Below are positions 33,956 to 46,276 of a stretch of DNA of 64,000 bases, in pieces (within the stretch, counting starts at the first letter, position 1; each line of letters begins with the position of its first letter). The translations under genes and the position numbers were made by a program. This DNA is from Setoptus koraiensis (taxonomy: Eukaryota > Animalia > Arthropoda). The DNA lies in NCBI GenBank assembly GCA_048013815.1, contig CM106586.1, positions 11,532,001-11,596,000 on the forward strand, in the 5' to 3' direction. Under the pieces are notes generated by a model, which had not been told where the DNA came from, made no database searches, and worked only from the letters and a program-made list of their open reading frames with translations.

Positions 33956-36900
33956 TGGTGTTGTCAATGCGTGTTGTTGGTCTATGAAATATAAGTAACG
34001 TGTGCAGCAGGTAGTAATTGAGATGTATTAGCAGTAGCAGTATATTTGGCTACTACTGCTGCACTTGCTAGAACAACAAGTGCAAAAGGTGATGCTTGGG
34101 TGCGTGGCAAAGAACGGACAGGGTACGGGAACGACAATAGTGGGAATTGTGGGTCGGCGGGGTGAATAGTGGGTACAGTCGGGATGAAATACCTTAGTTG
34201 CTTACCTGTAGACTCGACAAGGTAGTTTGTTGGTTTGCTGCGACACCAGTTGCTTGAGCGTTGCTTGTGGCACCATAATTAATTGAAATTGATGGCAGTA
34301 GCAGAGGTGGCGGCGTTGTGGCCAGTTGCTTGGTCTCAACTAGCGTCGTAGTGGTTTGTTGTGTCGCAATTGGAGCGACTGCAGCCGTTTGAAACGTTTG
34401 CGACCGAGCCAATTGATTGCCCATTTGATTAGAATTGGATGCCATTGATATTTGATTGGCTGCACCATTTGTCGTAGACGTGGTTGAGCTAGATGATGCT
34501 TGCTGTACACCTCCAGTCTGCTGACTTGATTGAACAGATGATACAGACGTCTGGCCAGAGGATAATTGACCAGAGGAAGCTGCAACGGAAACAACCGATG
34601 GCTGTTGTGCGCTCATTGCGGAGTTCGTAGTAGATGTGATTGATGCAGAGGACCTCTTCGCGCCAGATGATGCGCCTTTGGATGAGGCCACAATGGTTGC
34701 GAAATTTGATCCCTGTTGTTGTCCACTCTGAGCTGCCGTCGAGATTGTTGTTGATGATGCCTGTTGGACCCGGGAAGAGGGCTTACGCAATTGAGCTTGC
34801 GTGCTCAACTGCCGAAAACCCATCTGGGCCCCATTTGTTGTCTGAGTGGACACGGAACTAGATTGCTGCTGTTGATTGGTGCGCACATTATTGTTTTGTT
34901 GGTTCTGAACTATTGTCTGGACTGTATTAGTTTTTGGGCCTACAACTGAGACACCCGACTGACTATTGGTGGTCTGCAAATTTTGTGCCAGACCGTTCTG
35001 TTGTTTCATTTGATTGGAAGTGGAACTCACAGAGGAAGTGACTCCTTGTTTACCTGGATCGGACTGGATAGACATGAAACTTGAGGACAAATTATCTGAC
35101 GAACCTGCCGCTGGCATTGCCAGTGCTGTTGCTGCCGGTGCTGGTGCCACTACCGGTGCTGGCGCCACCGGTGCTGGTGCCGGCGCTAATATTGCAGGTG
35201 TTGGTGCCGCTACCGCTGCAGGTGCAGGTGCCGCTACCGCTGCTGGCGCTGGCGCCACCGGTGCTGGTGCCGGTGCTGGTATTGTAGGTACTGGTGCCGC
35301 TACCGCTGCAGGTGCCGGTGCCGGTGCCGCTACTGCTGCTGGCGCCGGTGCTGGTATTGCAGGCGCTGGTGCCGGTGCTGGTGCCGCTTCCGCTGCAGGT
35401 GCAGGTGCCGCTACCGCTGCTGGCGCTACCGCTGCTGGCGCCACCGGTGCTGGTGCCGGTGCTGGTATTGCCGGTGCTGGTGCCGCTACTGGTGCTGGCG
35501 CTGGCGCCGGTGCTGGTATTGCAGGCGCTGGTGCCGGTGCTGGTGCTGGTGCCGCTACCGGTGCTGGCGCCGGCGCTGATATTGCAGGTGCTGGTGCCGC
35601 TACCGCTACCGCTGCTGGCGCTGGCGCCACCGGTGCTGGTGCCGGTGCTGGTGCTGGTACTGTAGGTACTGGTGCCGCTACCGGTGCAGGTGCCGGTGCA
35701 GGTGCCGGTGCTGCCATGGATGTGGCAGTGGACGATTGTTGCGATACTAATTCGGAGGACTGGTCGCCCACATCAACGCCTGTTGATTGTTGCGAGACTG
35801 ACACTAAACTTGAATCGTTTTCCGCGTAGTCGTCGCTCGCAGCGTAACTTGAGCTTGATAGACTGGAAGACGATTGTTTTTCACCCACACCAGTTTGGCT
35901 CGTCGAAGAGGCTGCCGACAATTGATTAACATTTGAATTTTGTTTCATCATTGAATTGACGGAAGAAATCTGTGCCCGAGCTACTTTTTTGGGTTTTTGA
36001 TGCGACGCCGAGATGGATTGTTGTTGCATAACGGAAGTTCTGGCACCAATATTAGCAATATTACTAGTGGTGGTAGTGGCTCTCATAGATTGTGTTTTTT
36101 GTTGGATTGGATTCAACTGTAATATTATGGTTGGCATCAACGGATTCTGTGGTGACAATAGTTGTTGGCTAGAAGAGGACGTAAATCGAGCACCAGAAAC
36201 AGAGCCTTGCTGCTCTGTGGTGACACTAGATGCGCTCGATTGACCTGAGCCACTTGCCGATGTTGCTAGTGATGATGATTCCGCTCCTGAAGACGAGCCC
36301 GATACAACAGAGGACGACGTTGTTATAGCGGGTGGTGGCGGCGGAGCGGAAGTTTTTATTTGCGCACTACTAACTGAGGCTTGTGATCTGTTATTCACGT
36401 TTGATGTGGAAATAACAGCCGAACTAGCCTGTTGCTGTTGTTGCTGATTGTTGCTTACGGCAGCACTGGTAACCTGTTGATTTGTGTTGGCTCCGGCTTG
36501 TTGTTTACTAACAATGTTGCTAGTGGATGATTGAGAATTTGACGTTGCTTGCTGTTGGGCTCCGCTTAAAGAATTTATCTGAGTTTGAGTGGACGACGAT
36601 ACAGCTTGCTGTGGCTGCGGCTGTGGATTACTTGCCAGTGACGTTGAGCTCACTTGGGCGATCTGCTGCTGAGGTCCAGACGACGGCATTACAGGGGCCG
36701 GAGGGGCTTGCTGTTGGGACGCCACGGAGGCAGAGGAAGCTTGCTGTTGGGGACCTAATGAAGACGTTGTTGTCTGGCTGGTCACAGTGGATGTACTTTG
36801 CTGCACAGGCGGCTGAACATTCCAGCCACCGCTTGGCACAAAATCGCTCTTTTGTGGCACTAAGGTCCAACCACCGGACACGGGCTTACAAGGTGGTGGA

Positions 36901-39900
36901 CCAGAAGGTGGCTCACCTGATGTCGAAGGCTGCAGTGTAAAACCGGGCGGACAAGGGGGTACATTTTTCGTTTGAATGGGCGAAATCATTGTCTCGGGTG
37001 CTACAGTGGTAGTGCTAGGTGGCGCAATTGAATCGGGTGCTTTAATTATAAAGGCCTCTAATTTTTTTAAAATATCAGGCGACAGTTCAAGAATGCTCTG
37101 CAGTTGACTCAGTCCACCGTATAAATTAGTCAATTGCGGTTTCAATGCAGAATATGGACTTTGTGTGGTGGTTTTAGGTGCCTTTGTTGTGGTAGTAGTT
37201 GTTGTTGTTGTAGTGGTAGTAGATGTTGTTGTTGTAGAAGTCTTAGGTGCGTCTTCACAATCACATTTGTGACCAGGTGAACCGTGAGTAGAATTGTCCA
37301 ATTGGAAAGGCTTCAATGTTGTGCCAAGTTTGCGCAAATCATCTAAACCGCTCCTTGAGGCACCCGGGCCGGTCCCGTTCGGAGCCCGGTTGGCTGATGG
37401 TGCACCTGATGTCCCTTTGATCGGTCCAGTGGTGGGCGCATTTGTTGGTGCAATAGCTGGTGCCATTGTTGTCACGGCTGGACTCGGTGCTGGAGTCTGC
37501 ACAGGAACGGGTGCAATGGTTGTTAGTACGGGTGCAGGGGTCGGTGCAATAGTTGTTGGTACGGGTACAGGGGTCGGTGCAATAGTTGTTGGTACGGGTG
37601 CAGGGGCCGGTTTGACAGTTGTTAGTACTGGTGCAGGGGCCGGAGCAATAGTTGTCGGCACTGGTGCCGGGGCCGGTTTAACAGTTGTTGGTGCCGGGGC
37701 CGGTGCGACGGGAGGCGGATTCGCTGGTTTGCTCGCTGGTGGATTGGCGGGGCCCTTGGAGGGTTTGGAGGGGCCACCTCCAGATCCGGCCGCTGCGGCA
37801 CTGGCAGCCGAACTTGGTGGTCTGCTGGGAGGTCCATTCATCGATCCAGATCCACCCGCAGCACTCGCGGCTGCACTTGCGGACCCATTCGGACCGGCTG
37901 CAGCAGCGGCTGCACTTGCTGCACCTCCGGAACCGTCTACGGCTGTAGCGGCCGCCGCTGCACCAGCCGGTTGGCCTGCAGAGGCACTTGCTGCCGCTGA
38001 ACTGGAACCAGGTCTAATCGCACCAGGCGCGGAGGCTGCACCGGAAGCTGGGCCCGAGGCAGAGGCAGAAGCTGCACCGGAAGCTGGGCCCGAGGCAGAG
38101 GCAGAAGCTGCACCGGAAGCTGGGCCCGAGGCAGCGGCAGAGGCTGCACCGGAAGCCGGGCCCGAGGCAGCGGCAGAGGCTGCACCGGATTTAGGGGCTG
38201 CATCACTTGTTTGCATTACCATAGTTCCCCCGGTGCCGCTGGACATCATTGCAACAGTGCCTTGACCTTTCCTGGTCTCTTGCTCTTTGGCAACAAGTAT
38301 GCTGGCCAGAAGATTGGCCTCTTTGCTACGCCCGGCGAGCAGATTGAACAGTGGACTATCTGGTTTTATAGAATCCTTCAATATATTCCCAGGGCTCGCA
38401 ACTTTCGCTGGTGCCTCTGTGGTGTCGCTGTCGTTGTCACTTGCATCGTCCTCTGTTTCTGCTGGAGCGGGTGTCTCTTCTTCTTGAGTATTTTTCGTCT
38501 CCATTAACTGTTTCAGCATCTGAGTGAGCTGTGCCATCGTATCCAGCGATGATGAATTTGATGACGGTGCAATTGCTACTGCGCTAGGCTGTTTAGAAGT
38601 GCCAGATGCTGGTGCCGCTGGTGGTGCACCTGGAGCTCCAGTTGCTGTACCAGCGGCACCAGAGCTAGAACTAGATGGTGCCGACGGGGTTGCTTGTGCT
38701 ACCGCTGGTGCTCCGGGTGCCGGCGCGATGGCAATGGCGCCCGGAGTAGCCGCAACGGAGGAATGTGATGGTGTTCCAGGGGAACCAGACGGAGAAGCAA
38801 CGGCTACTGCACCCGGTGTGGCCGAAACTGCCGTATGGGGAGGAGGTGCTGCTGGTGCTGGTGCTGGTGCTGGTGCTGGTGCTGGTGCTGGTGCTGGTGC
38901 TGGTGCTGGGGCTGCTACAGCTGCTGCAGGAGGGGCTGGTGGTGGTGCGGTTGCTGGTGGTGCAGGAGGCGCTGGTGCTGGCGGAGCCGCAGGTGCGGCC
39001 GCTGGTGCGGCCGCTGGGGCTGGTGCAGGAGGCGCTGGTGCTGGTGCGGCAGCTGGTGCGGCCGCTGGGGCTGGTGCAGGAGGCGCTGGCGCTGGTGCGG
39101 CCGCTGCTGGCGGAGCCGCAGGTGCCTCAGGGGCCGCTGGTGCTGGTGCGGCTGCTGGGGCTGCTGCAGGAGGCGCTGGTGCTGGTGCAGGAGGCGCTGG
39201 TGCTGGTGCGGCCGCTGCTGGCGGAGCCGCAGGTGCCTTAGGGGCCGTTGGTGCAGGAGGTGCTGGTGCGGCCGCTGCTGGCGGTGCAGGAGGCGCTGGT
39301 GCTGGAGGCGCTGGCGCTGGTGCGGCCGCTGCTGGCGGAGCCGCAGGTGCCTTAGGGGCCGTTGGTGCAGGAAGTGCTGGTGCGGCCGCTGCTGGCGGTG
39401 CAGGAGGCGCTGGTGCTGGAGGCGCTGGCGCTGGTGCGGCCGCTGCTGGCGGAGCCGCAGGTGCCTTAGGGGCCGTTGGTGCAGGAGGTGCTGGTGCGGC
39501 CGCTGGGGCTGGTGCAGGAGGCGCTGGTGCTGGTGCTGGTGCAGGAGGCGCTGGTGCTGGTGCGGCCGCTGCTGGCGGTGCAGGAGGCGCTGGTGCTGGA
39601 GGTGCTGGCGCTGGCGCTGGTGCGGCCGCTGCTGGCGGAGCCGCAGGTGCCTTAGGGGCCGTTGGTGCAGGAGGTGCTGGTGCGGCCGCTGCTGGCGGAG
39701 CCGCAGGTGCCTTAGGGGCCGCTGGTGCTGGTGCTGGTGCGGCCGCTGGTGCGGCCGCTGGGGCTGGTGCAGGAGGCGCTGGTGCTGGTGCGGCCGCTGC
39801 TGGCGGAGCCGCAGGTGCCTTAGGGGCCGCTGGTGCAGGAGGCGCTGGTGCTGGAGGCGCCGGTGCTGGTGCTGGTGCGGCTGGTGGCGGACCTGCTGCT

Positions 39901-42312
39901 GGTGCGGCTGCTGGCGGTGCAGGAGTCGCTGGTGCTGCCGAAGTTGGTGCCGCCGACGCCGGTGCCGCCGAAGTTGGTGCTGCCGACGCTGGTGCCGCCG
40001 AAGTTGTTGCTGCCGACGCTGGTGCCGCCGAAGTTGGTGCTGGCGAAGCTGCAGGTGCCTTAGTGGTTGCTGGCGGTGAAGAGGGGGCTGCTCCTGCAGC
40101 TGGTGCCGCCGACGTTGGTGCTGCTGATGGAAGCATTGATGCCCGTGGTGCTGCCGATAGAGGCGTAGGTGGTGCTGATGTTGTGGTGGGAGCCTCCGTT
40201 GGGGCTTGTGTCGTTTCTTGTGGCTTACTGGTTGAATCGGTTGATGGGACTGGTGTTGAGCCAGTTTCATCCGAGGAACTTGAACTTGGGTCATTAGGTG
40301 GTTGGGGTGCTGCTGCAAGTGGCATGAGTACCCCTAAGAGAGTTTTCAGTGCTGGCGGAAGTCCGCCATTGGCTGGTGCCGGACCGGTATCGGGAGTTCC
40401 GCTTCTTCCGCCTCCAGGTGGCGGAGCTGCTCCACTCTCACCTCCCAGTCCTCCCAGGAATGTGGGTATAGATGATATGCCTTGCTCCACCGCTTTGCCG
40501 AGAGGTGGTGCTATTTGACCAATGGCTTGGCCTATAGCGGGTCCTGCTTGCTCTAGTATCTTCTCGGCGGGGCTAATGAATGGTTGAAGCAATTTCATAA
40601 TAGATTGTGCACCGTCGCCTATCATATTGACAATGCCGCCCATTGAGTCTCCAGCGCCTCCTTTGGCGCCAGAATCTCCGCTGCCTTGCTTTGCGCCAGA
40701 GTCTCCACCACCGCTTCCTCCGCCGCCGCCCGGGTCACCCGTTCCGCCAAGTAGACTTTGGAGGGGCCCAAGTAAGCTGGAAAGGTCCTACAGAAGTAGC
40801 ATTCGGAAGTAGCGAATAATAGAATATATGGTGGTCATAGAGTTTAGTTAGCTGAACATTGCTCAAACATGTCGCAGACGGATATTCAATTCAACAGTTT
40901 AGACTATTGTGTGACACTCACTTGTGCGTTGCTGCCACCTCCACCGGAATTACCCGCGTCACCGGCGCTAAGTAAGCTTTGTATCGGTTTTATTAAACCA
41001 GCTAGGTCCTGTGATCAAAAATAAATTCAGATACGTCGTTGAGAGGAGTTATCAAATGGTTTTTGGAATTTCTCACGACATGCTCGAATCATCAAATGAT
41101 ATAAGTTATGCTATAACCACACTTACGCCTCCTCCCTCGCCACCGAGCAAACTCTGAATGGGGCCTATCAGGCTAGAGAGATCCTGTTTCGAACAATTGA
41201 GACAACCCAAATAGAGAAAAAAACATGACGAATTTAGCATTATAGTTATGGTAGTTTGATCACTGACCACATGCACAAACAACAGGCTCAATCAATCTCG
41301 AAAATCAATCTCAATGCGATACTAACGCCTCCTCCAGCTCCCCCGATTAGACCTTGTAAAGGGCCTATGACGCTTGATAGACCCTGATAAATTGTATGGG
41401 TAAATCGAATTAATGGACATGTCAGTTACGTTTAAATAGTTTTATAATTGGCAGAGAGCTCTTTTTAATTTACTTACTGGAATCATACTGCCGGCAGATG
41501 CAGCTGCTGGTCCTAAAAGATCCCCTAGACCATCTCTGGAACCGGCTACTGGCAAGCTCTGATTTAACAAATGCCGTCAGATATGGTCAATGAGATCAAT
41601 CAAATAAATTCTAATTTGATGCTAGTTATTGATCGAAGTAGTTCAATTATGTAACTCTGCTGAATTTTGATATTACTCACGCTATCTTTTTTTTCGCTAC
41701 TGTCATCGCCGCTTAGGCCACTTCTACTGCCGGCAATATTGTCTTGAGTTAGCTCATGAGATATTCTGTGGGTCTGTCTCCATTAATTACATGTGATAAC
41801 AATTTATCATAAACAGAAGAGTTGGTTATGAAAATACACTCAAAAATGGGATTTTTTACAATAATGTCATCATTTGAAGTTATTTGCACTCACTCCACTT
41901 GAACCAGTTAAAGTATTGTCTAGTAGTCCACCAATTAGTTGAGACAAAACGGGCACGCCCGGATTATTATTTTCTAGATGATGTGTATGGTGATTATTTG
42001 TAAGTTATTTTTTTACATGTTTTTCATGACAGTCGGGTGATCGATTTTTTATGGCGATTATGCAACAAGTGTAGAGAATAGAGGACGATTTTGATGTCAT
42101 TAATTTGTTAAATCACGTGGTTGTGTCTGGCTGTGGTCAATGATAACTCTTATAGCCATAATGGGAATTGGTTTGTAACTCTCTTAATTGTTGTATGATA
42201 AATTACCGTAGGAATCGACACCAAAATAGTTAACAAAGGATTGTAAGCAAGTTATAATGAAGAACAAGTCAAATAATGCTATTGGCAAGCATGAATACCT
42301 CCTTCTTCTCAT
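30752..42312 (-). CDS. Giant secreted low-complexity protein (~3,150 aa; mucin/glue/silk-like); exons 42312-42207, 41973-41894, 41773-41681, 41558-41478, 41383-41327, 41183-41127, 41008-40922, 40787-34206, 33061-30752
   Basis: Exon 1 encodes a signal peptide ([34 protein letters not shown]). Every junction is GT-AG and in phase. The body has PA-rich, SA-rich, T-rich and SQ-rich blocks. The 34206-to-33061 junction is the least certain. Confidence 0.75.
33858..33952. repeat. (TG)n microsatellite, intronic
   Basis: TG/TGCG run that produces the spurious poly-HT start of ORF 33413-33967. Confidence 0.9.
35100..35715 (-). repeat. Coding Pro-Ala repeat block 2 (APAPAP/AVAAP)
   Basis: Degenerate tandem gcc/ggt/gct repeats within the giant exon. 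Confidence 0.85.
38035..38188 (-). repeat. 36-bp coding tandem repeat, about 4.3 copies ([12 protein letters not shown])
   Basis: Units start at 38035, 38071, 38107, 38143 and 38179. Confidence 0.9.
38842..40060 (-). repeat. Coding Pro-Ala repeat block 1 ([30 protein letters not shown])
   Basis: About 1.2 kb of higher-order tandem repeats in the giant exon. Confidence 0.88.
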
Positions 42313-42480
42313 CAATGATGTCTGTCTGAATCTCATCATCTATAGTAAACCTATTATAGGTATCGAGCAAGACACCACCAACTAACACAGTATGTTTTAA
42401 TAAATCTAATTATGATATTGATTCCCTCTCTATTTGTTTAATAATATATAACACAAGCACGAATAAATAATTATTTTTGC

Positions 42481-42504
42481 ATATATATATATATATATAT
42501 ATAT
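42481..42504. repeat. (AT)12 microsatellite
   Basis: Perfect AT run. Confidence 0.9.
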
Positions 42505-45065
42505 GTTTAGGTTTAATTCACGGATGTTAACCTCTCACGATCTTCACTAAGCTGTTGCATTGGAAACATCACCAACAAGATGCTTTCACTCAGCATCTAT
42601 TGATTGAATAAAAATCAAGATATCAATGGAGACGACTGATTTTTTAGGACTATCATAAATTTATGTCATATATTTATGTTGCTGTTTTACGTTCAAGTTT
42701 TTGCTTAGCGCATTCGTATTGTCGTTATGGATGCTGAATGGTAATTTTACATCATATCTGCATTTTTTTATTTTATTTCTTTTTGTCTCTCGTGTTTGCC
42801 ATAGAATTTTTCATCACGAGCATATTTGAAAGAAAAATCTATTATCTAACTCAACAATATCAAACATTTGAAAGTGTCTATTACTCACTTCGACTGAGCT
42901 CAAGCGACTTGGAGCGGTGCTTACTTCAAGGCAGCCCGAAACTACTACCACTCAACAAAAATAACACTCTGAAAGTTAACACAGTCATTACTAATCATTC
43001 AACTATTTTTTCGCAACACTTACAACAGGTAGTTGTACACTCTAACAACATCCAGATCATATTGGTGATCAAATGAACGGAAAATGTTTCAAGATAAAGA
43101 TAAAATTCACACTGGCATTACACAGTATTTACTTACATGAGCAACACACTATTTCATTCACACAAAACATCCATCAGCAACTGATTGATTTTCTCACTTG
43201 TCAGTATCTTTCTCGATCATTCAATTAGATTAAAGAAAGTATCGCAATAACAAGAGTATTTTCAAGTAATGAATAGTTGCGCCAACTGTATATTGAGATT
43301 CCATTCAATTGATATTCTATTAAATTGAATTTATAGTAAACTTGTCCTCAAGACGGAAGTCACTTTTTACCAACCAACTTGCAGCATTATTGTTGTTCTT
43401 CGGAGCAAATGAGATGAGCTGTTTCGTAAATCAAATTCTATTAAATAATCTGCTGTGAATACAACTCATTTGACTGCTACTGATTAGTATAGCGAATACA
43501 CTGTCGAGGACGTAATTTATTTTGTAGGCTGATACGGCAAAGAAAAAATGGTCATGGCTATGCATAAACATCCGGCTGATAGTGACTAAAAGAGGGTACA
43601 TCGGATTTGTATCCGTAACAATTGTCCAAACAGGTGAGAGACAAAGATGAATTCATGAGGGACTTGAGTAGCTTCTCTGCTAACAGTAGCCTCCAGCAAA
43701 TCTTCTTATCTACAGTAGTGTAGTTACTGCTGTCATTGTTCCCGCTCTTAGTTACGAAAAGTTATTCGCTCAGAGCAAGATTTGAGTTTCAATTCGCAGA
43801 CCCCCCACTACCGCGGATGTTGTTACGAACCTCAGGTACACGATTGATTAGATGTGATTGAATAGATCTATTACAGTCGCGGTTTTAACAATTTATCACG
43901 ACTTCTTTGCCAGCTGCTGTTTGAAATTTGTCGAGCTGGGAGAATTCTTCGTTATCACTTATATAATGTTATCACGCAATGACGATTCTTCTCATGATCA
44001 ACTAGACCTAAAATTATATCCTACATATCAACTCAGTTCAGACATCCTAATCATGTCTGTAGATAGAAACAAGTTATATAGCTAGCAACGGAATACTATT
44101 GAAGGCAGTCCTTTCAATTACTGTCTGTGTTTCGATTGACCGAATCGTCGAAAGTTGAAAGGAAATACACTTGTGAGACTTTAGCTTGACGCTAGACGAG
44201 ACTAACCATACATTGAATATAAATATCAACGGGTACCCAATCTCTGTTTGCATTAGAGCCATTTGCCATTGAATTGAATGCAGTGTCTAGTTATTCTTGA
44301 ACACAAAGAGAATGACTAAAACTAAACAGTTACTTAGGATGTTGACAGATGATTAAATGCATGCACGATAGATCAAGAGTTGTTCTCGTAATCGACACCG
44401 ACAAAAGTCCAAGCCTTGAAAGAGCTTCGATCTGTTGATTTTTTTCTTCAAAATTTTTGCTACTATCACTCAGAGAATCGGGAACGAGCAGAAGCGATAT
44501 TATTTGCCATCCCACCTCGTGGTCTTTTACCTTTGTGCATATAGACTAGAACAAGGATGATCATTGCTATCCCAAAGAAGGGGTGGACTAGACCCAATGA
44601 ACCCATGACCTAGTTCGTGAGGCCAAACGAGCTGCAATCGATCTCGTTCACCGTCATTATACCCAGTTTCCCAATCGCTTTCAGTACCTTTATATCTCTC
44701 TCAATTATGGGACCATTTTTATCACGCAATCGGAAGAAAAGCTCTGTGTACCATTTTCAGAGCATTATAATGGGCCCATGGCTTCTTAGGTGAGTTTCAC
44801 GGATATGTTTCTGCAATAATAGAATAAGTATTTCTTCGATGAAAATGTAACAAATATCTTTCTTCAGATTTCGGCCAAACTATTCGTGATTTGAGCGAGC
44901 TGCTATGATATGGGTTGTCCCAGAATATGTAAGCATTGGTTGCTTCGATTCGTTCGATTTCGATGCAATCTCTTCTATTGCATCTACTGCTGTCCTGTGC
45001 GTAATGAGGCGAACTTAGAAGCCTCTATCTCTTCCTGTTTTTGCAATTTTCGACTTTTTCTGAAA

Positions 45066-45528
45066 ATGGAGCGTTCTAATTATCGACACATTTTAGACCA
45101 CTTTAAGAGTGGCGAAAAACTTACTGAGCTAGATAGATATTTTAAAGAAATCTATGGAGATCAGGGGCCAAGCTACTCAACGATCAAACGCTGGTATGCA
45201 AATTTTGAAACAGGACATTTCAGCATAGAAGATGAGGCCCACACGGAGTGCCCAACAGCAGCAATATCAGGCCCTTTGATTGAAAATATCGAGAAGCGAA
45301 CGGAAAAATCAGTGTTCGATCCATTGCAGCAATTGTCAAGTCATTCAAATAAACAGTCTACAGAATTTTAAATGACAATTTATCAATGAAAAAACTTTAC
45401 GCGCGCTGGGTGCCCTCACAGACAGAGAGACAGAGACAGAGAATGGACAGAAAGCGGTGGAGAGTGACCAATTCGAGGGCTTATCCCGGACAACAAAAAA
45501 AAGTTATGGCCACGTCTTTTGGGATGCA
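45066..45528 (+). mobile_element. Mariner-family transposase relic
   Basis: HTH segment YGDQGPSYSTIKRWYANFETGHFSIEDE, then (broken frame) NLSMKKLYARWVP and a frameshifted KKVMAT(V)FWDA. Stops and internal deletions present. Confidence 0.85.
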
Positions 45529-46084
45529 ATAGCGTCTCGGGAGTAGCGAATCGACAGCACCTTCCCAACCTACAATCTCACCGCCTCAGTCCTCTGACCG
45601 AGAGGATACCAAGTTACACTTTAACTTCACACTGTCTGCATTAGAAGGTGATCATCAGGGCGACTGCTTAAAGAAGAACAAAGCATAAAATGGTTGAAGC
45701 TTTTCTCGACAGTTATGAATGCTGTGGTGTCATTATCACACTACAGCAAACCATATACGTACAAAGTTAGGTTTCTCTATCATCACTCTCACGATTCACA
45801 ATTGTCAGCCCAATTCAGCTCTTGCAGATCGTCGTCTTAAATACATGATTCCATCAACAAACAAGCAACGATGTAACCCAATTTTTTTTATTAAATCAAC
45901 TTTTTACGGTGGAGTGTTCACTGGAATCGTATCAAACACATTCCAACAACTTGCTTCACTACCCAAAATGCGGTTCAATTGTCCATGGTAGTTTTATGGT
46001 GATGTTATTCGAAGATACGGCGACCATTGTTTCACCGCTTCGAATATGGTACCATGATTTCAATTGAGTCGTTAATGTATTTTC

Positions 46085-46276
46085 TCAGCTTTTCATCACC
46101 TTGATTATAACGTAAACTAACATCCCAACGAAACTCCCCAGGAACAACGCGTCTGCTAACAAAGCAAGTAAATTTACCGGCCCACATCCACAGTCAGTCG
46201 GTGTGTTCAAAAGAGCGAGGCACAGCCGATCACCAAAATCTCCCGCCCGCCTAGCACTAATGGCCAAAGAATCCAT
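46085..46276 (-). CDS. Candidate 63-aa single-TM micropeptide
   Basis: ATG, Cys motif (DCGCGP), C-terminal hydrophobic helix with basic end. Composition only. Confidence 0.35.
   Translation of the reverse strand: MDSLAISARRAGDFGDRLCLALLNTPTDCGCGPVNLLALLADALFLGSFVGMLVYVIIKVMKS

Noticed and set aside
33842-33967. Poly-His/Thr N-terminus of ORF 33413-33967
   Set aside because: It is a translation of a (TG)n microsatellite from a TTG start.
38524-40518. Fibroin-like (GA)n ORF on +, plus Cys/Trp/Arg-rich (38835-40079) and Gln/His-rich (38915-40318) ORFs
   Set aside because: They are antisense or alternative frames forced open by Pro-Ala codon repeats. They lack ATG/signal context, whereas the minus frame has a signal exon and in-phase splicing.
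42520-44900. Scattered exon-like hydrophobic fragments (considered a chemoreceptor or other multi-TM gene)
   Set aside because: I could not build an in-phase exon chain or find a family motif.
44910-45065. N-terminal part of ORF 44910-45371
   Set aside because: Mariner similarity begins at ATG 45066, so the upstream part is likely non-coding element sequence.
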